A DNA stretch of 64,000 nucleotides, from contig CAXWPH010000003.1 in the NCBI GenBank assembly GCA_963666055.2, positions 32,001 to 96,000 of the forward strand, in the 5' to 3' direction. The stretch is from Acidobacteriota bacterium (GTDB lineage: Bacteria; Acidobacteriota; UBA890; WLXD01). The notes beneath the pieces were generated by a model. It saw only the letters and a list, made by a program, of their open reading frames with translations. It made no database searches and was not told the DNA's origin. A program made the position numbers and the translations under genes. This document shows positions 39,988 to 50,741 of this stretch, piece by piece (the stretch's first letter is position 1; each line of letters begins with the position of its first letter).

Positions 39988-41170
39988 ATGACTACGCCCT
40001 GGTGGACACGTGACGGACTCGAAGTTCGCGATGGTCGCATGTCGATCGCGGGTCAAGATGTGGAGGCGCTGGCACGTGCCCACGGCACGCCACTGTACGT
40101 GTACGACATCTCCCGCATGGAGGCCAACCTGCGCCGGCTGCAGCGTGCGCTCGACGACGCCGGCGTGCGTCATCATCTACTCTACGCGCTCAAGTGCAAT
40201 CGTCATCCGGACATCGTTGCCAGAATGCACGGCACCGGCGTGGGCGTCGATGTCTGCTCGCCGAACGAGATGGACATGGCGTTGGCGGCCGGCTGGACGG
40301 CGGGAGAGATCTCGTACACCGGCACGAACCTCAGCTCGTGCGACCTGGAACGCATTCTTGCCCATCCGTTGGTCTTGAACCTCGACTCGCTGAGCGCCAT
40401 CCGGCACGTAGGCGCGCGGGCCGCCGGCAGGACGATCGGCCTGCGGCTCAACCCGGGAGTGGGAGCCTACTCGACGCGCACGACCGCAGCGGGCAGCTGG
40501 CCATCCAAATTCGGCATCTACCCCGGAGCAGGTGGACGAGGCGCTGGCGATTGCTGCCAACCACCAGATGAAGGTGGGAGGGCTGCATTTTCACATCGGC
40601 TCGGGTTGGCTCCAGGACATGCTCGGCGATTTCCGACAGGCGGTTCAGGTGGTCAGTGACGTCGCTGCTCGGCTCACGGACCTCGAGTACATCAACGTCG
40701 GCGGCGGTATCGGCGTTCCGCTGCTGGCGTCCTCAGTTCGCGTCGATCTCGATGTGTACGCAGCCCTGATCGCGGCGAGCTTTGGGCCACTCGGCGTGAC
40801 CGTGATGTGCGAACCAGGCGACTTCCTGGCGCGCGATGCGGGCGTGTTCCTGGTAGAGGTGGTGGGGGTGGACGAGCGCCGGGGCACGAAGTTCGTCGGT
40901 GTCGACGGGGGATACAACGCCTGTGGCATTCCCTATCTGTATCGCGAGCCCCAGGAGATCGTGGTTTGCCGAGCCGCCGATGTTGCCGCAACCGAGACCT
41001 ACACGGTCGCCGGCCACATCAACGAGGCGCGTGACGTGTTCGCTGACGATTTGCGACTGCCGGAAGTTCACCAGGGTGACATCCTGGCGCTGCTGAACGT
41101 CGGCGGCTACGGGGCCGAGCTCGCCACTACCCATTGTGGCCGCCCGCACGCCGAGCGGCTCGTACTCTGA
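39988..41170 (+). CDS. Diaminopimelate decarboxylase-like PLP enzyme, split by one extra base at CCCC 40521-40524
   Basis: GTPLYVYD, YALK, SKFGIYP joined to EQVDEAL, HFHIGS, GGG, EPG, GGYG. Confidence 0.82.
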
Positions 41171-41336
41171 CCGCAGCGAGTCATTGTGCTCGCTGCAGCG
41201 CCGGCCTGGGCTCGCCAACAGAAGGAAGGAGGCTGCCTTGCCGAGATCGTTCATCACCACGCAGCGAGGCCGGACGAGCGCGCCGTCGCGATGGGTCGGA
41301 TTGGTCTGCACGGCGGCGATGCTGCTGGCCGCGGCG

Positions 41337-41612
41337 TCAGATTGCCTGTTTGCCCGGCATCCCGGTGGTACGTGGGCGGATCCTCTTAGGCGATAGCCTA
41401 GTGGCGCCGGGGTACAGACACCGTGAGCAGCCATCGCGCTTGATGACGCTGCGGACGGTGTCGAGCGTGTACCAGAGCCGACCACAGGCGTCGCAGATCG
41501 ACCAGCGGTAGACGCGGCCCGGGTGCTGCTTCTGCTTGTAAACGATCCGGTCGTCGGCCAGGCGCATTATCGCCGCTGCCCTCGGATCTCTCGTAAGCTG
41601 CCACTTGTCCAC
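41337..41612 (-). CDS. Small putative zinc-ribbon protein
   Basis: CDAC...CSRC pair; GGAG upstream; no recognised family. Confidence 0.35.
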   Translation of the reverse strand: MDKWQLTRDPRAAAIMRLADDRIVYKQKQHPGRVYRWSICDACGRLWYTLDTVRSVIKRDGCSRCLYPGATRLSPKRIRPRTTGMPGKQAI

Positions 41613-41622
41613 GAGGAGGCTC

Positions 41623-41797
41623 CTATGCGCGGTGTGATCTTCGGCGACCTTCTCGATCCACCCAGATGAACTCGCTGATGCTGAGATCGACCCCGGGCGC
41701 GTACACCAACGTCCCCGTCTCGGCGAAGGCAGCTTGCATGGTGCCGGCGTCGCCGAGAACGTCGTCGTAGATTACCACCGGGACGCCGGTCACCGCT
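41623..41797 (-). pseudogene. Internal fragment of a TolB/PD40-type propeller (typical of acidobacterial kinase C-termini)
   Basis: VTGVPVVIYDDV...AFAETGTLVYAPG...FIWVDREG*. Confidence 0.55.
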
Positions 41798-42049
41798 TAG
41801 TTACATACCACTAGTGGGGCCGCCAGAAGGTTGCCGTCCATCCCGTAGACCAGATGACGGAGGGTCTATGGGCTCGCATCCGATCAACCTAGCTGTTCGA
41901 TTCCTGCTCGAATTGTCGGTGCGCGCCGCGCGCTTCAAGTGCCCACCAGGATCCTGAAGGCGGTCAGGCGGGAACGCGTTGACGACGCGCAACGAGCCCA
42001 GCGACGCCCTGCCCGAAAGTCGTCGGTGGGGATGTCGGCGCTTGTCGCC

Positions 42050-42245
42050 CTCTGGGCATTCGTCGTCGAACGCCGTGACGTCCGTGCCCGGTTCACTCTG
42101 GTCGGTATACACCTTGACCGAACCGTACTCTGTATCGGTTACGGTGAGGGTGAACCTTATGTTGGTCAGGCCACCGAAGAAGAACCAAAACTTGCCGTTG
42201 TTCTGGCGGCCGTCAATGGCCTTGGCGACCATTTCTTGAGTGATC
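42050..42245 (-). pseudogene. C-terminal fragment of an acidobacterial (Thermoanaerobaculia-type) repeat-domain protein
   Basis: EMVAKAIDGRQNNGKFWFFFGGLTNIRFTLTVTDTEYG...DVTAF. Confidence 0.6.
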
Positions 42246-42322
42246 CGTTCGGAGAATCCGCGCCATTCTCTTTTCCCACGATGCAACGCGAGTTCGGATT
42301 CTGACACCGTCGACCGTGGGTG

Positions 42323-43072
42323 TCAGATGCCCACCAGGTTCGGTCGAAGCTTGTGATAGCCGCGTTCGCTGGCCCACAGATCCAGTGGCAGGGCAGCAAT
42401 CTCGTCGACGTCCGCCACGGCGCGCGGGTCGGCCGCCAGGCTGACGACGTGCAGGTAGCGATTGCAGCTCAGGCAGGCGCGAACCTGAAGCTGCGGCAGC
42501 TTGTCGGTGCCGTACCACGCCAGCTGGGTGTCGTCCGTCTGACCACAAGCCGCGCATCGGGCGCGCGGGAACTCCCACTCCGCCAGGCAAAGGGAACAGA
42601 TCAGGCTCAACGCCGTGCCGTCGCCGTGAGTCCGCGAGCAGCAAACCTGGGGCGCATGGCCGCAGCGGGGACAGTGATCGACCGAGTCGCCAGTGGCGGC
42701 ACTCGCGCTGCTGTTGCCCGTGCCGGCAGCGGCCGCCGGGCCCAACAACACCCGGGCGAAGAAGCTCCGCGGTGATTCCGTGTCCTCGGTTTGGCGATAG
42801 GCCTCGAGGGCGATCTCGCCCGCCGCGGCGTCGAAGCATCGGGCGGCAGCCTTCAATGGATCAGGGGCGATCCTGATGACCAGGTTCACGAGGCCGGCGC
42901 GAGAGTCGAGTGGTGTCGCCGTCGAGACTCCTGCCTGGAACGCTGCAATCTCGGCGTAGAATTCCAGCGCCTGACGCGTCGCCGGGTGGCTTTCGGCGAG
43001 CACCCGGGCGCGTGCCTCACGGCGGGCACAAAGGTCGGCGAAGTCTTGCTGGCCTGGCAGCGGCGCGGTCAG
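42323..43072 (-). CDS. fdhE: Formate dehydrogenase accessory protein FdhE
   Basis: Four CxxC motifs (CPRCG, CSLC, CAACG, CLSC), DEIAALPLDLWA, GY..LRPN. Confidence 0.9.
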   Translation of the reverse strand: MTAPLPGQQDFADLCARREARARVLAESHPATRQALEFYAEIAAFQAGVSTATPLDSRAGLVNLVIRIAPDPLKAAARCFDAAAGEIALEAYRQTEDTESPRSFFARVLLGPAAAAGTGNSSASAATGDSVDHCPRCGHAPQVCCSRTHGDGTALSLICSLCLAEWEFPRARCAACGQTDDTQLAWYGTDKLPQLQVRACLSCNRYLHVVSLAADPRAVADVDEIAALPLDLWASERGYHKLRPNLVGI

Positions 43073-43695
43073 CGGCCGGAGATCTTGGAGTACCACTTGG
43101 CGTGGTGCGACGCGGCCCAGTCGGCGCTCACCCAGCCTCGGGTCATGGCACGGAGGGAACCCGGGATCGCCGCCACGGCCATGTAGATGTGAACGATGAT
43201 GCCGCCAATGGCGACCACCGCTGCGAGCGGGTGCACGAGCAAGGCGGCAAAGGTGAGACCACGCGGCGCCGTGCTCGGAAACCACATCACCAGCCCGCTG
43301 GCCAGCAGTGCCACTGCGGCCATCGATTGAGCCCAGAACAGCATCTTCTGCCCGGCGTTGAAGCGCCCGGACTCCGGCAGCCCGTCGGCGTCGTTGGCAA
43401 TGTAACGATGCGCCTGGCGCAGCCAGCTGCGGTCGTCAACGTCGACGCGCATCTGGCGTGCCCAGCTGACGAACATCAGGCCGAGGATGGCTGCGAAGAA
43501 GATGCCGCCCCAGGGGTGTCCCCAGCGCGTCGCGTCGCCGCCGCCGAATATCGTCGACAGCCAGAGCAGCTTGTGGCTCCAGAGCGAGAGGCCGGTCGCT
43601 GCGACATAGACGAAGCCGATGGCGACCAGCCAGTGAACGGCTCGTTCGCGGAACGAAAAGCGCTCCAGGCGCTCGTCGGTGGGCGCGGTGTTCAC
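43069..43695 (-). CDS. fdnI: Formate dehydrogenase cytochrome b556 (gamma) subunit
   Basis: ERAVHW, GRFNAGQK, HIYMA, SHHAKW. Confidence 0.93.
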   Translation of the reverse strand: MNTAPTDERLERFSFRERAVHWLVAIGFVYVAATGLSLWSHKLLWLSTIFGGGDATRWGHPWGGIFFAAILGLMFVSWARQMRVDVDDRSWLRQAHRYIANDADGLPESGRFNAGQKMLFWAQSMAAVALLASGLVMWFPSTAPRGLTFAALLVHPLAAVVAIGGIIVHIYMAVAAIPGSLRAMTRGWVSADWAASHHAKWYSKISGR

Positions 43696-44489
43696 GCCTC
43701 ACCTCCGTGCTCTTGGCCGAGGGGGCCGACGCGAAGGTAGTGCAGCAGTACCCCCAAGATACCGCCGAAGAAGACCAGATTGCCCAGCCACTTCACCGGG
43801 CCCTTCCAGAGCTTCACCGTCCAGTGCACGGTGGGATTGGCGGGAAGGCCGTAGATCTGCGGTTGCGAGGCGTCCTTGAGCACGTACAGCACATTGGTCC
43901 CGCCGACCCCCAGGGGGTTGTACACGCCGGCGTTCTGATGTCCCGCGTTGCGCAGATCCTCGGTACGGGTCTCGGCTAGCTGGAGAAGATCGTCCCGAGT
44001 ACCGAACGTCAAGCAGCTCGTCGGGCAGGCCTTGACGCAGGCGGGCTCCAGACCCACCGATGTACGATCGGAGCACAGGGTGCACTTGTAGACCTTTTGG
44101 GTCACCGGAGACAGGCGCGGTATGTCGAACGGGCAACCGGCGATGCAGTAACCACAGCCGATACACAGGTTGTGGTCGAAATCGACGATGCCGTTGTCGT
44201 GCCGGAAGATCGCCCCGGGGACGGGGCAAACGTCCATGCACCCTGGTTCGACACAATGCATGCACTGGTACTTGGAAAAGATCCAGTCGAGGGTGTTGTC
44301 CTCGTGCTCGACCTCCTTGAACTTGATTAAGTTCCAGAAGTCGTGGCGAACTTCAGGCATCGTCTGATAGGTGCCGTCGAACGCGCCGTACGTGGTCCCC
44401 TGATCGTTCCACTGCTGACAGGCGGCCTCGCAAGCCTTGCAGCCGATGCAGGTGGTGGTGTCGATCAGCTTGGCGACGATCTCGGCCAT
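43692..44489 (-). CDS. fdnH: Formate dehydrogenase iron-sulfur (beta) subunit
   Basis: CIGCKACEAAC, CMHCVEPGC, CIGCGYCIAGCP, KCTLC; C-terminal TM helix. Confidence 0.94.
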   Translation of the reverse strand: MAEIVAKLIDTTTCIGCKACEAACQQWNDQGTTYGAFDGTYQTMPEVRHDFWNLIKFKEVEHEDNTLDWIFSKYQCMHCVEPGCMDVCPVPGAIFRHDNGIVDFDHNLCIGCGYCIAGCPFDIPRLSPVTQKVYKCTLCSDRTSVGLEPACVKACPTSCLTFGTRDDLLQLAETRTEDLRNAGHQNAGVYNPLGVGGTNVLYVLKDASQPQIYGLPANPTVHWTVKLWKGPVKWLGNLVFFGGILGVLLHYLRVGPLGQEHGGEA

Positions 44490-44493
44490 GAGC

Positions 44494-47400
44494 TCAGAGC
44501 TTCTCCAGGTTCACCAGGAACCCCTTGTATTCGGGCGTGCCGGAATTGGGATCGAGCACCGACGGGGTGAGGTTGTTGACCAGCGGTCCCCGAACTCTGC
44601 CGACGAAGCCCCAGTGGATGGGGATCCCGAGCTGATAGACGGGCCGCTCGGCGACTCGCAGGGCGCGCAACCGCTTGGTTACCATCGCGGGGCCTTCGAC
44701 GCGGCCGCGCGCCGCCGTCACCGCGACGAGATCTCCGTTGGCGATGCCCTTCTCGCGCGCCAACTCTTCGGGTACCTCGACGAAGAACTCCGGCTGTAGC
44801 TGCGAGGCCGTGGACACGTGCTTTGTCCAGAAGTGGAAGTGCTCGGTGAGCCGGAAAGTCACCGCCACGTAGGGGAACTCGTCGGCGCTGCCGAGCGGGT
44901 CGAGGTCGCCCCGCATGATCGTCGCCATCGGATTGCTGTTGACCGTCGGGTGCAACAGGTTGTCGACCGGCGACTCGACTGGCTCGTAGTGCTCCGGAAA
45001 CGGCCCTTCCACGAAGTCCGGCGCGAACAGCTTCGCCACCCCCTCGGCAAGCATGATGAACGAACCATACTGGTCGGGCGGAGCGTTAGCGGCGTAGTCG
45101 GCGACGTCTCCCAGATAGCGGCCATTGTCCCAGCGGATCGGTGCGCGCGTAACGTCCCAGGGCTGGCCGTCAGCATCGGCCGAGGCACGGTTGTAGAGCA
45201 CGCGACGGTTGGCCGGCCAGCTCCAGGCGTAGTCCGCGAACAGACCCAATCCGGTGGGGTCTTCCTGGCCGCGCCGATCCATCATGTTGCCGGCCTCGGT
45301 AAACGAACCCGCGTAAAGCCAGTTGCCGCACAGCGTCGACCCGTCGGCGCGCAGCTCTCCGAAGCCCCCCACCTGTTGGGCATTGCCGATCGAGCGGCCG
45401 CTGATCTCCATGGCCACCTCGGTCAGCGACGGCGACACCGCGTTGCCGTAGTCCCACGCGATGTTCAGTAGTGGCTCCGGGGCGGTGCCCCCCTCCTGGC
45501 GATACAAGTCGCGGAGCTTCAGGAACAGCCGGGCGATGATCTCCTGGTCGTTCTTGGCGTCGCCCGGCGGCGGCAGAGCGGCGTCTTTCCATTGCAGCCA
45601 GCGCGACGAGTTCACGAAGGTGCCGTCCTTCTCGGCAAAGCAGCCTGCCGGCAGCAGGAAGACCTCTGTATCGATGTCTGCTGGCTCGGCGGCGTTGGCG
45701 TAGTACTCGCCGGCAAGGTCCCGGGCCTTCCAGAACGCTGCCGTCTCGGTCTCGAAGTTCTCGACCACGATCATCCACTTGAGCTTGGCGAGCGCGGCAA
45801 TCATCTTCGGGCTATTGGGCCCGTTGGCCACCGGGTTCATTCCGAACGAGATCAACCCCTCCATCTCGCCTTCGTTCATGCGGTCGAAGATCTGGCCCCA
45901 GCTGTGGTTTGCGGCCTCGTCGATCTTCGGCAGCCAGTCGTAGCCGTAATCGTTCGATGCCTGGGCGTTGGCTCCGTAGTAGGCCTTCAGCAGGCTGGCC
46001 ATGAAGCGCGGCGTGCCGGTCCAATAGTTCATCGAGTCAGGGCGCAACGCCCGCGGCGAGTTGGCGGCGTTGTACTCGGCCAGCGATGTCTGCGGTGCCT
46101 TCGGAACCTTCAGATAGCCGGGCAGCATGTCCCATGCGCCCATGTCGGTGGCGCCCTGGATATTGGAATGGCCGCGCTGGGCGTTGAGCCCCCCGCCGGG
46201 CATGCCGATGTTGCCCAGCAATAGCTGCAACATCGCGGCGCAGTGGATCAGCTGCACCGAATGGCTGTGCTGGGTCCAGCCGAGTGCGTACAGGATCGTG
46301 CCGGAGCGGCCCGCACGGCCAGACGATGTGATCACCTCGGCAGCGCGCTCGAATGCCTCCGCGGTGCAGCCGCTAATCGAAGCCACGACGTCAGCCGTGT
46401 AAACGTTCGTAGTGGTGCGTCATGAGCTGGAACACACAGCGCGGGTGCTGCAACGTCGGGTCGACGCGAGCGTGGCCGCGGGAGTCGAGCTCGTAGCTCC
46501 AGGTCGACTTGTCGTAGGCGTTGCGTTCCGCGTCCCAGCCCGAGAAGTACCCGTCCTCGAAACCGAAGCCCTCCTGGATCAGGAACGCGGCGTTGGTGTG
46601 CTGCGCGACGTACTCTCGGTGATAGCGATCGTTGCTCAGCGCATACTTGATGAGGCCGCCGAGGAAGGCGATGTCGCTGCCGGCGCGGATCGCGACGTAC
46701 TCATCGGCAACCGCAGCGGTGCGGTTGAAGCGTGGGTCGACGCAAACCAGCTTGGCGTTGCGATTCTTCTTCGCCTGCATGACGAAGCGGAAGCCCACCG
46801 GGTGGTTCTCGGCGGGATTGCCCCCCATGACGAGGATCACATCAGCGTTGGCGACGTCCGTCCAGCCGTTGGTCATTGCCCCGCGACCGAACGTGGCGGC
46901 CAGACTGGCCACGGTGGGGCCGTGTCACAAACGCGCCTGGTTCTCGTACGGCAAGATCCCGAGACCGAAGCGCAGCTTGCCGAGCAGGTAGTTGACCTCG
47001 TTAGTGTCGGTGCAGCCGCCGATCAGCGCCAGGTTGGTAAGGCGGTTGACGGTACGGCCTTGCGCGTCGCGCTCCTCGAACCCGGCGTCACGCGTGTCCT
47101 TGATACGGCGCGCCATGCGGTCCAGAGCCTCGTCCCATGAGATGGGCTCGAAATCCGTCGCCCCTGGAGCGCGGTACAGGGGTCGCTCCAGCCGGCGGTC
47201 GTTGTTGACATAGTCCTTCAGGCTGATGCCCTTGGAGCAAAGCGTGCCGCGGTTGATCGGGCTGTCGGGATCGCCCTCGATGTGCACCACCGTTGGCTTT
47301 ACGTTGTCGGCACGATCGCCGAGCGTGTGGATGACGACACTGCAGCCGACGGCGCAATAGGGGCAGACGCTGTGGGTCTGCGTGGTGCGCGCGATCTTGA

Positions 47401-47509
47401 GCTGGCGGACCGCAGCGTGTGCCGGGCGCAGGTCAAACCCGAAGGCCGTGGTGGCGATCACCACCGCGCCTGCCTTGAACAGCTGCCGTCGAGAAACGTC
47501 CGTGCTCAT
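44494..47509 (-). CDS. fdnG: Selenocysteine formate dehydrogenase-N/O alpha subunit (Sec TGA 46925-46927; extra base near 46401-46403)
   Basis: Tat signal SRRQLFK, CPYCAVGC, ENQARL-U-HGPTVASL, RGHSNIQG, PFPEHYEP, PEYKGFLV; split into three ORFs in the track. Confidence 0.93.
46892..46913 (-). promoter_or_regulatory. Bacterial SECIS hairpin
   Basis: CGUGGCCAGUCUGGCCGCCACG begins 11 nt after the UGA. Confidence 0.75.
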
Positions 47510-47662
47510 ACGCTCGAACCCCCGCTGGTTGATACCACGGTGGTTAGCGGATCGTCAACGAACAACGGGCCGACGATGCAGCAATGTCTCAATGACGCGA
47601 TACAAGAACACACTGTCGGAAAGGATGTACCAACACTTCCCATTGTTCGCTGGTTCGCCATA

Positions 47663-48024
47663 ATGGCGCTACTCGTGGCGCTTTTTCCCAGTATCGGATG
47701 CGCCTCAATGGCGCCACGCGCCAACGTGGCGCATATCGGCTACATCGCGGCTTCGGCCGGTGACATCGCTTCCACGCAACGAGCTCTGAGAGCCGGCGCC
47801 GTCGAGATGAAACCCGCTACTGGGAAGCAATCCCAACATCGAAAAGCTCGTAGGAATCAAGGTCGCGGGATGGGCCGGGCTGCGAGCGTTCGAAGGGGTG
47901 CTGGAGCGGCATGTCGAGCGGCCGCTCAAGTGGTGGGAGCAGGCCACTCGTCTGGGCGGTTCCTATCGGTGTGACGGCCTGGGCGACGGCGCACAACAAC
48001 GGCGTATCCCGACGACTCGAGTAG
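47663..48024 (+). CDS. Small membrane/lipoprotein, frameshifted
   Basis: DIASTQRALRAGAVEM(N)PLLG motif broken at AAA 47810-47812; exact frame and ends uncertain. Confidence 0.4.
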
Positions 48025-48179
48025 CGGCGCAAGCCGGCAGCGGGTCAATTGTCGGTCGTCGCGCCGCCCTCGCACAACGCTCGTGGTCGTCCTCGGAGGC
48101 CGTCTCCGGTGACGATGGCTGCGCCGGAATACGCTACAAGTACCCTCAGCGAACCTAACCGGCCGCGGGTATCGGAGGC

Positions 48180-49822
48180 TTGAACCAAATCATGAGACGT
48201 TATGGGCGGCCTGCGATCGTGCTGTTAATCGGGATGTGTGGTGCCGCCGGAGCGTCCCCGAGCGCCGCGTCGCAGCAGCCGTCGGCGGCTGATCGGGCGA
48301 TTACGTTACCCATCCGACGGCAGATCATCGCCCCGGCGGCGGTGACCGGCCACGCTAAGGCAACGCGGCGAACGCTTGCCGAGACCCTGGACTTCTGCCT
48401 GTCCAACAGCGACAAGTGCGCCCTGTCGGTGAACCACATGACCGACGGGTGGGACGTCACTTCAACGCCGATCGGCTGCAGACCACAGCGTCCACCTTCA
48501 AGACGTTGGTGCTGATTGGCTACGCGGAGGCGGTGGCCGATGGGCGCGTTGCACCGCACCGCGTGCTCGGGGGACGCGCGATCAATCCCGACAAGCTCAT
48601 GCGCCGCGACGACTGGGCGCGCTTCTGGAGCTCGCTCGACGGCGGGGCGCTCGCCGCCGCGTGGGAGGACCTGGGTCGGCCGTCCAAGGTGACCCCGGAT
48701 CAAATGGCTCGCCAGATGATCGCGTTCAGCGATAACGCTGCTCCCGACTGGTTCATCTCGGAGCTGGGCGAGGCCGCGATGCAGGAGGTTGTCGACCGCT
48801 ACGTCAATACCGCCGGGCATCACGACCGCCCACGACCCGTCAACGCTTTCTTCAATACGTGGGTCGCCAACCCGGACGAGGAAGGCATCGGCCCGCGCAT
48901 GTTCGCCGATTACAGCGGCAACGACGTCGGTGGCTACCACGCTGAAGTTGCGCGCCTGTTCGCCGACATGCACAAGAAGCGATTCATGAATCGTCTTCGC
49001 AAGGTGCGCTGCTTCGCGCTGCCCTGGAAGAAGGCACCCGCTGGCTGCGTGCCGGTGTTGGGTACGAGTCCCGACGAGCTGGTCGCCCTGAGTCAGTCGT
49101 ACTTCAACCGTTCGACTAGCCGCACGTATGTGAACCTGCTGACTCGGATGCTCTCCGGCGACCTGTGGGAGGCCGATGTGGAGGCCGTTGTACGGCGGCA
49201 GTTCGAGTGGGTGCTCGAACTACCCGACTTCTCCGCCGTCTTCAGCCGCAATGGCCGCAAGGGGGGCGCCTTGGGTACGAATGTTCTGAACTGGACCGCC
49301 TACATGCACTCGCGTGAAACCGGGGCGCAGATCGCCTTCACGATGATGTTGCAGAACCTTGCTCCCGGAGACATCGAGGCGAGCGACGTGATCCTTCTCG
49401 CCGAGGGCATCGCCCGCAGCGCGGCGTCAGCACGACTGCTTCGCGACACCGTGCCGGCCGAGCCCACGCTGCCGGAAATCGTTTCGCAAGTAGGGGTCGT
49501 GGAGGCGGCGGCGCGGCGCGGGGGTGGGACTGACCTGAGAGTTGAAGTAGAGATCATCAACACCAGTCCGCACCGAGCCCGGAAGCAGGTAGAAGTCGCC
49601 GCCTATCTGTCCAAGGACAGCATTTTCCAGATGAGCCGGGACACGCTCATCAGCAAAGCCAAAGCCGGAAAGCTCGGCGCGTACGGTCGCAAGGTCGTGA
49701 TGCTGTCCGGCGCGACCACCGTCTCGGTGGCCGACAAGTTCCTCCTCATCGTCGTCGATCCGAACGGCAAGCTCAAGGAGAGCGTGGAGGACAACAACGT
49801 CGCCTACCAGAGAATCCGTTAG
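48180..49822 (+). CDS. Class A beta-lactamase-like serine hydrolase with C-terminal CARDB/Ig-like domain; frameshift near 48450
   Basis: Signal peptide in 48180..48515; ASTFK (SxxK), SDN, RKGG; VVDP.G...ES.EDNN. Confidence 0.75.
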
Positions 49823-49903
49823 CAGTTGGGATGCCTTCGCTTGACTCACTGAAGATTCAGTAGATCGTCATTGTTTGTCGATGATTAATCGCTGAATTTC
49901 GAG

Positions 49904-50680
49904 ATGGCCGTGTCGCCTATCGGTGCGCTACGTTACCCACTCAGCCTCGGGCGCCGTTGTCTGCTTTCGGCTTCGCTGGCTGCCGGCCTGGTGGCCAGCT
50001 CGTTGTCCATCCTGGCTGCGTCGCAAGAGGGGACAACGGTGCACGACGCGGTGTTCAGCAGCGCGCAAGTCGAACGCGGCCAGGTCAGCTACGAGACCCA
50101 CTGCGCCTCCTGTCACGGCGCCGATCTCGGGGGCGACAGCGCCGGCGCTCTTGTCGGAGAGGACTTTCTGCGTAGCTGGACCGGCCTGTCGCTCAGCGGG
50201 CTGTTCGAGTTCGTCCAGGCCATGCCTCCAGAAGCCGCGTCGAGCCTCGGCGACCAGACCTATCTGGACCTCCTCAGCCACATCCTCCACACCAACGGGT
50301 TTCCGACCGGAGCGCAGGACCTGCGCACCGACGTCCTCGCGGCGGTGCTGCTGCAAGGCGCCGAAGGCCCTCAGGAAGTACCCGACTACTCGCTGGTGCA
50401 GGTGGTCGGTTGTCTGACCCGAGGACCGGACGACGCATGGATCGTGACTCAAGCGAGCGTCCCGATCCGCACCCGGAACCCCGCGGCATCGACCGGCGGC
50501 GCGCTGCTGGGCGCGAGTTCGGTGGCCCGCGGGTCGGCGTCCTTCGAGCTGTTGTACGTGTTTCCGCGCCCCGACGATCTGCAAGGACGCCGCGTCGAGG
50601 TGAAGGGCTTTCTTATCCGCGGCGATCGGGACGCGCTCAACGTCACGGCATTGTCGAGTTTGTCAGCACCCTGCCCTTAG
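49904..50680 (+). CDS. Mono-heme cytochrome c with C-terminal extension
   Basis: CASCHG, distal Met (AMPP), LVQVVGCL. Confidence 0.85.
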   Translation: MAVSPIGALRYPLSLGRRCLLSASLAAGLVASSLSILAASQEGTTVHDAVFSSAQVERGQVSYETHCASCHGADLGGDSAGALVGEDFLRSWTGLSLSGLFEFVQAMPPEAASSLGDQTYLDLLSHILHTNGFPTGAQDLRTDVLAAVLLQGAEGPQEVPDYSLVQVVGCLTRGPDDAWIVTQASVPIRTRNPAASTGGALLGASSVARGSASFELLYVFPRPDDLQGRRVEVKGFLIRGDRDALNVTALSSLSAPCP

Positions 50681-50683
50681 CGG

Positions 50684-50721
50684 CGTAACCAGACCCACCA
50701 GCCTTCCACCACGATATGCAA
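50684..50721 (-). repeat. Degenerate right end of the CTAG-anchored element
   Basis: CGTAACCAGACCCACCAGCCTTCCACCACG aligns to CGTAACCAGGCCCGCCACACTTCCACCACG (16785-16814). Confidence 0.65.
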
Positions 50722-50741
50722 CGATCATCTGTTACAGGCCA

